A stretch of DNA of 64,000 nucleotides from Camelus ferus (taxonomy: Eukaryota). Positions 54,195 through 64,000 of this stretch are shown piece after piece (within the stretch, counting starts at the first letter, position 1; every line of letters begins with the position of its first letter). The stretch covers positions 33,482,001 to 33,546,000 of the forward strand of contig NC_045696.1 of assembly GCF_009834535.1 (NCBI RefSeq), written 5' to 3'. The notes below the pieces were generated by a model. The model was not told where the DNA came from, did no database searches, and saw only the letters and a program-made list of their open reading frames with translations. The translations under genes and the position numbers were made by a program.

Positions 54195-54370
54195 TGAACA
54201 TTTTATGCAATGGTTAATCTTTATCATAACTGTATGAGATACAACCATTAGCACCATTTTACAGATGAATTAACTAAAGCCAAGAAGTATCAAGTAAATG
54301 GTCAAAGGCTACAATGCTAGAAGATGGCAGGGTTGCACCTGGAAATGTCTGACTCTAAGAGGCAAGCTTC
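54195..54370 (-). mobile_element. MIR
   Basis: 'ccattttacagatgaattaactaaagcc..aagtaaatggtcaaagg..tctgactc'. Confidence 0.7.
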
Positions 54371-54918
54371 CTTCTTGCTACATAACTGAATAACTGAATA
54401 AATGAAAGAAAGGAAAACCACATACACTGAGTCTGCTCTGCAGCATGGCTTGTGGTTTTTACTGGTTCCTATATTCAGTTTCCTCCTTTTTGAGGGCATT
54501 GATTTGAACTTATCCTATAAAACATCATTTATGTTTTTGAAACATATCTTCATTTGACTGAATTTAGTTTTGATCATAACCCTTTTGGTTGCTATTATGA
54601 GACATCCATTAATTACATTCTACCTGTCCACAATATGATCTCATCTGCAAACTTAATGAGTATGTTTTTCTTCACTGGAACCACTATTGCCTTAAACAAA
54701 TAGAATGAGCTCAAAAGTTGCAAATGAACTCATGTTTGACGTCTGAATTCTTGCTTGTTTGTGGACAAAGGAGCTACTGCGGTTTGGATCTCTTCAATAT
54801 GCCTATTCAGAGCACTGTAGTTTAAGCTACTAAGTTATCTGATCTCAGATTTGAAATAAATAAAGCATGGTGTATATCAGAGAACTTCTGCAATATTAGC
54901 AAGGTTCTAGAGCCACAC

Positions 54919-55002
54919 CATAGAATTAAATAGACTCCCAGTTTTAGAAATAAAATGGCTATCGTGGGTGTCAAAATCAGAAAGATTTTCTCCGTTTCTT
55001 CT
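54919..55002 (-). pseudogene. 7TM-RGS exon 4 (TM5)
   Basis: 84 nt, phase 2->2, open: (R)EETEKIFLILTPTIAILFLKLGVYLIL(W). Acceptor ttattttatttgccacag, weak donor ATG|gtgtgg. Confidence 0.62.
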
Positions 55003-55309
55003 CTGTGGCAAATAAAATAAGCAAACAACAAATCTAACCTTATAAGCTTTTTGGGATCCATCTGTTGAAATGATTTTAGACAATCCTGTTCACACACAGG
55101 CATGGGGTGGTTTCAGGAAGAAGTTAGAGAAAGATGTGAAGACAAGCATGAAGGCCTTTGTGTACTGTGGCCTTTCAGCTAGAAGTCCAGGGATAATAGA
55201 AAAGGGAGACTGAGTTTAAAAATAATCTTGGTAAGTGATTTTTTTTTTTAATTGGTAGGTGGGGAGAGTTGAGAATAAAATGAAAAAAATCACTTGAAAA
55301 ACGACTGAC

Positions 55310-55407
55310 CTTTGGCGGCGATTGGGACAAATATAACCAGTGACCAGAACACAACAGATGCCAATAATATTAAGACCCTGAAAGAAGAGGATGTAGCCCA
55401 TGGAGGC
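55310..55407 (-). pseudogene. 7TM-RGS exon 3 (TM4)
   Basis: 98 nt, phase 0->2, open: ASMGYILFFQGLNIIGICCVLVTGYICPNRRQ. Acceptor cttctatcttccag, donor AAG|gtcagt. Coding-like codon use. Confidence 0.7.
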
Positions 55408-56249
55408 CTGGAAGATAGAAGTTTCACTCTAATCCCCTTCATGAAAGCAGACTTTCTACAGAGAGGAGATTTTCGCCTTGGGAGCATGAAATTTATAAAG
55501 AAAGGGGGTTATTTCCCCTTATTTTCTTCTTCCTCATCCTCCCCACCTGTATCCTGTAGACAGATAAGATCTCTCGGCGTCTAGAGTGAAGACAGATAAT
55601 ATCTGGCATGATGTAGGAAAGGAAAGCGATAAAGTGAATTAACATCTCTGCTTTACATTTAAAAAAGAAAACTTTCACAAAGCTAGCTTCCATCACGTGC
55701 ATCATTTATTGAGTAGCTGAGACTTTGCCTAAAATAATAAATAAGGCTGGAAAGAAAGAATTGCTAAAAACGGTACACTCCAGCATCTGTTTTCAAGCCT
55801 TTACAAGCAATTTCCCTCTGCTCTCAACATAAGCTATGTTCACAAGTATGACTGTACTGCTTACTGCCCCTCAAATAAAATTCGGCAGAACTTTATTTGC
55901 ATAATCTTTTACATCTTATATATTTAATAATAGTCTTTTCAAGTCAGTCTTTGCACTTTCAAAGCTTCTGTAGTCACAAAAGCTTTGTGACTTTTCTTTC
56001 TCTAAACCTCATGCCACACACGGCCAGAACCAGCCCTTGGGCAAGTAGAATGCAGACCAGTGTCCTTAGTTACCTTTCAATGTACATATCCCATGTTCCA
56101 GCAAGAAATCCTGAACTCCAGATTTACCAGTTGGGTAATAACTTACAAAAAAGGACTAATAAATTATTACTATTTTACTTTCAATTTGATTTTAAGAAAC
56201 GCTTCCTTTGCCGAATTTCTCTCTTTCAACCCTAAAGTGAGGGTTCTAC

Positions 56250-56597
56250 AAAAGATGGAAGGTTTGTGTTTCCCCCAAAGTCCTATAATGAAGCCTGATC
56301 CCCAGTGTGATGTATTGGGAGGTGGGGCCTTTGGGAGGTGAGTGGCTCATGAGGCTGGAGTCCTCATGAATCAGGGTAGGGCTCTTATAAAGGAGACCTC
56401 ACAGAGCTCCCTCGCCCTTCTTCCATGTGAGGACAGAGTCTGTGAACTAGGTAAGAAGACCCTCAGCAGACCCTGAATCTGCCATCACCTTGGTCTGAGA
56501 CTTCTCAGTCTCCTGAACTCTGATAATCACACTTCTGATTCTCATAAGCCACTGACATAGGGTATTCTGTTCTAACAGCCTGAATGGACTAAGATAA
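56250..56597 (+). mobile_element. MaLR solo LTR (MLT1A0-like)
   Basis: 'gtgatgtattgggaggtggggcctttgggaggtga...cagcctgaatggactaagata'. Confidence 0.88.
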
Positions 56598-56621
56598 ATT
56601 CTAAAGAATCATTACTTTAAT

Positions 56622-56623
56622 AC

Positions 56624-56670
<47 letters not shown>

Positions 56671-56694
56671 CCTACCTACCTACCTACCTACCTA
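56622..56694 (+). repeat. Compound (TATC)n(TACC)n tetranucleotide STR
   Basis: Direct reading. Confidence 0.95.
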
Positions 56695-57031
56695 TTTTCT
56701 CATTTTACATTGCCTAATGTGGAAAGCAGCCTTCAGTTCTTATTTTGGTGCTAAGATCCAACAGCCAAAAAACATTTTTTTTTATATATATTAGAATAAC
56801 ACCATAAACTCTACTCGTTTTAAACCAGGTCTTCTTTCTCATAATGTCTTTGGTTTTATTCTTACTATCATGTTGGTCTCATAAACTAAGTTGAAAAGTA
56901 TGCTACATTTTTCATTCCCTAGGAGAATTTGTGTATGTTTTATGATATTTTTCATTAAATAACAGATTTATCAGTGAGAATAACTGATCATGATGTTTTA
57001 CTTGTGAAAAGCTTAATTAAAAATTTAACTT

Positions 57032-57148
57032 ATTTTCTATGTCTCCGAGTCTGTTTCCTTTTTGTAAACTGACTATATGTCAATAAAATGAAAAAAAAAT
57101 TAATAAAAGAATTCTTTAGATGAAGAGAAAAATAAATGATAATTTGCA
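57032..57148 (+). mobile_element. Miniature young L1 insertion with 5' inversion
   Basis: Inverted 3' UTR piece at 57033-57062 followed by the sense L1 tail; near-perfect TSD at 57018-57031 and 57149-57162. Confidence 0.7.
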
Positions 57149-57589
57149 TAAAAATTTGATTTCTTTCATAGATTTAAGACTTTTCAGATTTTTAAATATC
57201 TTTTTGCATCATTTTGGGTAAGTTGAGTTGTTCTAAGAATTTTTTCCATTGACTTGTGGCACCAAGTTGATTATTATGTCTCACTATTACAGCTTTAATT
57301 TCTAGATTATATGTAGTAATGTTCCTGCTTTTCATTTCTAATACTGATTTCATATATTTTTTTTTATTCTTTGTCAGGCTTGACAGGATTTATAAATTTA
57401 TTAGCTTTTGAAAGAATAAAATTTTAGCTTTGTTGGTTACCTCTAGTTTGTTTTCTATTTTGTTAATTGCTATTATAAATTTTATTTTCATTCCTTATCC
57501 TTTCTCTTGCTTTAATTTTTTTCTTTTACCCTCTACTTTTTTTGGCATTACTGTTTACCTTTATTTTTATTCTGTGTGTTGACTTACAT

Positions 57590-58680
57590 GTAGTTTTTTA
57601 AATAGTATAGGAAGACCCTTTCATCCTTCACTTAGCTTTCCCCAGTAGAAAAAGCTTGCATATCAATAGTATAATATCAAAACTTGGAAATTGATATTGA
57701 TATAGTTTACCAACTTTACTTGAATTTTATCAAATTTACATGCACTCATTTATGTGTATGTGTGTGTGTGTGTGCATTTAGTTCTATGAACATTTGTCAC
57801 ATGTATAGATCTATATAACCACCACTGGAGTTTGGAACTATTCCATTACCATGAGGGTCTATTTTGATAGCCATATCATTCTTTTCTCACATCCTTGGGT
57901 CCTTATTCCTGGCAACCTCTAATCTGCTTAGCATCTCTATAATTTTGTCAGTTATATAAATGGAATCACACAGTTTGTGACCTTTTAAGTTTGGCTTTTT
58001 TCACGTGGCATAATGCTGTTGAGATTGATAAGGTTTTTACATGTATTAATAGTACCCTCATGTATTACATAAATATTTACCCCAAGACTTAAATGCAAAA
58101 TATAAAACTGTAAAACTTTCAGCAAAAAAAAAAAAAAAAGATATAGAGAAAATGTTGGGGAAACTCAGGCTAAGTGAAGAGATCTTAGACTTGACAACAG
58201 AATTTTGATCCATCAAAGGAAAAAAAAAGGTAATTTGGACATCATCAAAATTTAAAACTTTTGCTAGGCAAAACACTTTGATAAGGGAATTAAATTCTAA
58301 GGCAAGCTATAGACTGGGAGAAAATATTTACAAACTGCAAAACTCATAAAGGTCTTATATTTAGAAGTTATAAAGAATACAAAAACACAATAGCAGAGAA
58401 ACAAATAATCCAATTAGAAAATAGAAAATATTATGAACAGATATATCAATGAAGAAAATACACAGATGACAAATAAGCTCGTGAAAAGATATTCAACAGC
58501 ATCAATCATTAGGAAAATAAAAATTAAAACCACAATGACATAGTTCTATACTCTTGTGAAAATAGCAAAAATAAAAAATAATAACACCAATTGTTGACAA
58601 GCATGGGGAAAAACTGGATCACTTATATATTGGTGGCCAGAATATAAAATAGTAAAGACACTTAAAAATAATGTAGCTGC
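57590..58680 (-). mobile_element. L1MC-type element with 5' inversion, nested in an older antisense L1 (~56800-59100)
   Basis: Antisense 3' UTR at 57590-58060 abuts a plus-strand ORF2 C-terminal segment at 58065-58680. Confidence 0.7.
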
Positions 58681-61600
58681 TTATTATTTGACATTTTTAA
58701 ACAATACCAAGCATTAATATTATTCTGTAGATCAATATTTAGTTAATATTCTTTTATATTTATTCTCCTATTTACTCTATTGTTTTTCATTTATTCCTGA
58801 AAATTCTGTTTTTTCTATGAGGTAATTTTCCTTCTGTCTAAATAGCCCAAATTAGTATTTCCTTCATTGCTCATCAACTGGTGAAAAGGTCTCACATACT
58901 CTTCATTTTTTCTGAAAATACATTTGTCATTTTTAATTTTTGAAAGCTATTCTTGACAGATGTTGAATTCAATGTTGGCTGCTACCTTAGGCACTTTTAG
59001 AGATCAAATCAGCTTTTTAAAACTGTTAATATCTTCAGACAATGTTGCCAACTTTTCAGCCATTATCTCTTCAAATATTGAGTTTGCCTCCCTGTCACTT
59101 TCTCCGTCTCCCTTCTCTTTAGTGGATCCTTTTTGCTGGAGGAAGGCAGAAAAGGAGACTGTTTCCTCTAGTGTTCAGAGAGTACCAGCAGTACTTACAG
59201 TTTCCTCACAGGCTAGATTTTAGATATTACTCCTTGAAGTTTGGCTTGGGTCTGCTTTTCTAGTCTGACAAACAATTCCGTGAGATACATAATAGTCGTT
59301 TAATTAACTCCTAACTAATTAATCAGCTAGAATTATATTTTATGGCTTCAAATAAAAACCCTTGTTGATACCATTTTCAATTAGCCTCAGAATTGTATTA
59401 GGTTTTTTTTTTCCTTCCTGAAATGTCTCTATTTTCCATCCCTCCTTCTCTACCCTTACCACTCCACATCTTAGTTAAAGTCCACCTGGAGCTCAGAGCG
59501 TGGCTATGTGACACTCATTTAATGATCTCTCAGTCTATTGGTTTCTCCAATACATGCCATGATTGGATCTGATGGCCTTTTACTAGTGCTGTGGTCAAGC
59601 TGTTCAACTTCTCAGTAACAGTAAATAGCTCCTTGTCAAAAATAATTATTACAACATATCTACCACATGTTTTTTTTTTCTGATAGTAAAATTTTCATAA
59701 TTTTAGGTATGTTTATAATTTTTTAAAATTCCAAGTATATTATTCTAGATTGTGTTAAGTTCTTCGCTACACGTTTCCTCAAAGTACACTTTGTCTCGCC
59801 TTGGTCTCAGGCTTGCCCTGGATCCTATGAGCTCACTAATTTCTTCCCTTCCATTGACTCACTAATCAGCTTTTAAAAGTAGTAGGTTAGTCATCAACAA
59901 ATCTAAAATTTGCATTATTATTGTATATCACCTAGGGCAAGGAATCTCAATGTTATCATACCAAATGTGTAAAGATGCTAGAAAATGGTGATTTAAAAAA
60001 CATATTTTAAGTAAGTTTTATTATCTTCCTGACTCATTGCTCTTCACCTTCTCTGAATTTGTCACAATTAGGCCAATACAACAAAATTCAGCGCTTGATT
60101 ATGTATTCTCTGCTTTGTTGTTTCCAGGTGATAATCTTATCAGACTAATGATTTAAAGGCACAGAAAACAAGCTATGTTCTTTGGTTACCCCAAAAAAGA
60201 TCTTGAGCTAAAGCCACACATATGGTAGGAGTTAGCAAGTGCTTGCTAATTTCAAAAAGCAGTGTGGAAGCTAATTAGGGAAACTCAAAAGTGAAAATCA
60301 ATATTCTAAAGGAAAGATATTTAAATTACATTTTTAGATTACTCAATTATAAGCTTAGGATCAGCAGTCAAGTGAATATGGAAAATGAGTAAAGAGCATT
60401 TGAATAGAAAGACAACAGATTTATTAATGCAAATTAATTAGAGATCAAAAAATTGTTTTCTCTTGTAAGAATGCTTGGGATTAGTGGCAAATATCAAAAA
60501 AGGCAGAGAGCATTAAGGTGGTAAGAACAATGCAAAGCAATTTAGAGTACAAAAAAGAACATGAAATAGATGACACACAAAAGAAGGAAAATTGCGATGA
60601 GATGAACAAGGCTACATACAGAAAGCCAAGAACAGAACTGCAAGTACTCATACAGAGAGATAATAGGACAAACTGAAGGTCAAGCACACAATAATAATTT
60701 ATCACCAGATGTGCTATGACTTGAAAGAAGATGGAAAAACAAGACAAGATTACTGCACTCTCAAAGGCCAAGAAGCTAGTTAGAAATAAAGCTAGTTAGA
60801 AATAAATGAGAATAAAGAATAGGCATAAAGAATAGGCATATTTTTACATGTTGCTAAAAAATGATCAAAGAACAACAGGAAAATATTTTAATGCCCCCTT
60901 AAGATACTATTAACAAAAAACACTGTCTGTCAAATAATCATAAATAGATAGGGAAATACACAGTGAGAATAAATATTTCTGACAGAATAATTTAACTTCT
61001 TAATTTAGCAAAATGAACTGAACTTCAAATGATCCTAACATTGAGGTTTTAAGTTAAACAAAAAGAGTGTATATTTTTATATTTACATGAAATATGAGTA
61101 CCTTAGCTATTAGTGGCTCTTAAAAGTATTGAAAATACTTTTTCAATAATGACATATTATGACATCAACATTATATTTATAAACTTTAATTTTTTTCCAT
61201 TTACAGAATTTCCTAGGCTCTCTCATGTCCATTGTTATTTACAACAAATAACTGTACTGCTTATGTAAAGTTATTTTTCAGTAGATGCTTATAATTCTTA
61301 CATAAATGTAACGTAGGATATGACAAAGAGCTGAATTTCTTACAGCTGCCTAATCTGTAGTGGCTTCAACTTTTAAACATGGCATTCTATAGTGGTCCAC
61401 TAGATGTCGCTCAAGAGAAGGCTTCCCCCTTAAACATCTGGACTTCCCCTTCAGCTTTTAAAAAATCAACTAGCAGACGCTTAACTCTTGGTTCATTCTT
61501 CTTACTTGGCACATCTTATGTCTGTGTCTGTATCCATTTAAATGTCATTATTTCCCACTGTGAAGCTTCAGATGGATGTTTCTTGCATATAGAATTTAAA

Positions 61601-61912
61601 AAAAGAAACTCTAGGAATAATAATAATCTTGCTTAGATATGAAGTACTTGAAAAACTGTAGAGAAAATAAGGTGGAGATCTTTTTTAGGGTGAAGGATCT
61701 ACAGATTATGGAATTATCCGGAGTATAGTTTTTAATTTCCAGTTAGGCTCATGCAATTAACGGGAATCTTTTTTTTTTTAAATCAGTTTTACTGTTTTGT
61801 ATTGATGGACACATTTTCTGGCTGCATGCTTCAGTATTTCATGTTTTAGCTAGTTTGTGGTTCTAAATAGGAATAATGCTAGAAGAGATATTTTATATCA
61901 TGAAGAGATTAC

Positions 61913-62073
61913 CGAATTGGTGTAGATGTATACACTTTTCTTCCAAAATTTACAAACAAGATCTTCTCCTTCGCGTTGCTCGAGTTCTTCACTTTCTGAG
62001 TTCCCGGTACAGCCCTGTCCTTGTTCCTCAAGAACTGGGAGGCAAACTGCCATGCTGGTGTGCAGCACAAGGC
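61913..62073 (-). pseudogene. 7TM-RGS exon 2 (end of TM3, acidic loop)
   Basis: 161 nt, phase 1->0, open: (G)LVLHTSMAVCLPVLEEQGQGCTGNSESEELEQREGEDLVCKFWKKSVYIYTNS. Weak acceptor tccattaatcaag, donor TCG|gtaatc. Local CpG enrichment. Confidence 0.55.
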
Positions 62074-62853
62074 CTTGATTAATGGACAGCTTAGCTTATT
62101 TTAACCACTCTTTTTAAACTAAAATTGCATATTACTTCTTTGCAACTATAGCCTACAGAAAAGTCTTTTTAACACTAAGTGTGGAAGCAGCCCTAGAGCA
62201 TTCCGTGATTGATAAATTTGTCAATATTATTCAGTAAATATCCCTTGGAAAAAAGAAATATTTTGCTTAGAAGGACCATTTTATTTCTGTTTTTCATAAA
62301 CATATTATTTCTTATTGTGTCCCAATACTCAGACTTCTTTTTATTGAAGTACATTCTCCCAAAACATGACCTAATATCTGGGATTAAATCCGGCATTTAA
62401 GAAATGTATTAATTCTTCCAGTCACTAAGGCATCACGCAAATTGAGTGTTCCATTGTGTGAAATAGTACTCTAGGGACTGAGTCAGTCCTCCATGTTGCC
62501 TAACCCAAGGAAAAGCCTGGTGCGTTATTAATTGTAAACTGCGCAGGGTCACGTTTTACTAGGGAAATGGAAATTGGCAAGTATTCTGATTTTACCTATA
62601 AACTTCGGCTGCATAACTCTAGTGATAAAGCAGCTCAAAAAGAAAGAACAGATTAGTCAACTGCCAGTCTGGAAAAACATTTTGATACACATGAGACAAC
62701 AACTCTGTTAAATAAATAAAAATTTCTATGACTAATAGTAGAAATGTAATATAGAGTAGTGAACAACAGCTGAAGAATAAGTAACTCTTAAATTTAGGAA
62801 TAATAGTCTAAAGCTTATGATGCAATAAGGTGTCCAAATTTTAAAACATTTAC

Positions 62854-63140
62854 CATACCCAGAACTTTTGAATACTAGAATAAATGTGCATATGGGTTTC
62901 TTAAATAAAGTGTTTAAAGAGCTGTCACAACAGATAAAAATTATTAGCACATTAACCTATTGGTCTGAAATAGAGTTTCACATACTGCAACATGGAGGCC
63001 AAAGGCTGATGAGTTTGCCTTCATGAAGACCAATGATGATTGTGTAAAGCAGAGGTTTCAATATGATGTAACTTTGTGATCTTCCTTGTGGCTCCTTGCA
63101 CAGACCATGAGGTTTTCTTATATTGGTATGTTACTGTTTC
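62854..63140 (-). pseudogene. 7TM-RGS exon 1 (TM1, TM2, start of TM3)
   Basis: Frame from 63073 reads SYIILKPLLYTIIIGLHEGKLISLWPPCCSM*NSISDQ*VNVLIIFICCDSSLNTLFKKPICTFILVFKSSGY-G. Stops at 62980-62978 and 62959-62957; another frame across that gap reads LQYVKLYFRPIG, suggesting compensating frameshifts. Donor ATG|gtaaat after 62854 (phase 1). Confidence 0.55.
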
Positions 63141-63252
63141 TGTACTTTCTGGAAGATACTGTATACTAGTGGAATTAGGGGTCAGTTTTGGTACAAAGTT
63201 AGTGTGTATGTCTTTCTGCTCCAGGATTGCTCCCTTTTAGAGGTCACTATTT

Positions 63253-63298
63253 TGTGTTGTGTTGTGTTGTTTGGCTTGGTTTGGTTTGGTTTGGTTTG
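63253..63298 (+). repeat. (TTGTG)/(TTTGG) pentanucleotide repeat
   Basis: Direct reading. Confidence 0.8.
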
Positions 63299-64000
63299 TA
63301 CTTTATCCTACCCTGCAAAGACATTTTCTTCCTTGGCTGCCTGATCCCTTTAGTTACTTAGGGAGACTAATCTGATGAACTAATTTACATAGAATGGTTG
63401 AGGAAAGAATGTGTTATTCTTTTGGGGGATCATTGTTTCACAATGGTGGAATTTTGGTTACCACCAGGGAAAATATTTGGGGGCATGTGGGTATTCAAAA
63501 GCTCTCCAGTACTTCATGACAGGCTGTGCCACATCTGTTTTCTTCCAAGGTATTAAATTATTTATTGCAAGCACACTTTCAAAAATGATTTAAGCTGGTT
63601 TACATGAAATGGCTTAAAGAGCAAAACGATTAAAATTCAGTTGAAAATAAAGGAATCATATAAGAAGAAAGGAAAATTGTTATCTTGAAAAATTCAGGAG
63701 CAGAAAACAGTGGAGAATATAATTTAGCTTTGAGACACTTCACAGCTATGGCAAAACGAAGGCAAAGCAATATACCTTCTACCTTGTGAAAAGAGTCAAG
63801 GTGTTCCTAGCTCTGCACTTGTAGAGGAATTTTTATTCAGGGATAAGACACGTAAGGCCGACAACAATGAAGGAAGCAGTACCAATATCTCAGTGCTGGA
63901 TAGTTAAGGTGAGATGGATAGACAGCAGAGAACATTAGAATTCTTAACTCATAGATGACATCATTTTAGTCTGCATATCCAAAGGAGGAGTTAGAATTGC

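Larger units (their letters stand above)
33154..63140 (-). pseudogene. Multi-exon putative 7TM-RGS (seven-transmembrane + RGS domain) pseudogene, 10 reconstructed exons
   Basis: Ten segments with AG acceptors and GT (one GC) donors whose phases chain (1,0,2,2,0,0*,2,0,2; * needs one frameshift). The translation gives ~7 hydrophobic stretches followed by RGS motifs in the right order and spacing: LSWDTIL...WSENISIYLDLE...ILIW*TY..AAWEIS...MFDLAYERI...LERQSY. Stops or frameshifts occur in 5 exons. The 5' boundary is uncertain. Confidence 0.68.

Noticed and set aside
54249..54260. tagcaccattt, resembling the 5' end of miR-29
   Set aside because: Lies inside a MIR core, the rest of the mature sequence does not match, and there is no hairpin.
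55290..55584. ORFs 55312-55584 (+) and 55290-55487 (-)
   Set aside because: Antisense and off-frame shadows of exon 3; phases do not chain with the neighbouring exons.
60773..60840. Two short tandem duplications (aagctagttagaaata x2, taaagaataggca x2)
   Set aside because: Ordinary slippage duplications within degraded A-rich, L1-like sequence; not an array.
1..64000. CRISPR arrays, operons, rRNA or tRNA genes
   Set aside because: Mammalian sequence; none seen. The tRNA-like boxes belong to SINEs.

Overview
AT-rich mammalian genomic DNA. The tRNA-derived SINEs and L1 3' UTRs point to a cetartiodactyl, probably a camelid (inference). There is no intact annotatable protein-coding gene, and most ORF-track entries are repeat-derived or noise. 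The first ~30 kb is dominated by transposable elements: a three-layer nested L1 stack whose youngest element has TSDs and an internal RT deletion, ERV1/ERVL/MaLR solo LTRs, L2, MIR and SINEs. The main result is on the minus strand between ~63.1 kb and 33.15 kb. Ten exon-like segments with phase-compatible splice sites join into a ~460-480-codon reading frame with about seven hydrophobic segments followed by a divergent RGS domain and a C-terminal PDZ-type motif (LTSV). This is a 7TM-RGS architecture of the AtRGS1/fungal GprK type, which is not a recognised mammalian gene class. Several exons carry stops or frameshifts, so it appears to be a decayed, intron-containing (unitary) pseudogene. The reconstruction was done by eye and needs HMM and ortholog confirmation. 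Repeat subfamily names and old-repeat boundaries are approximate.
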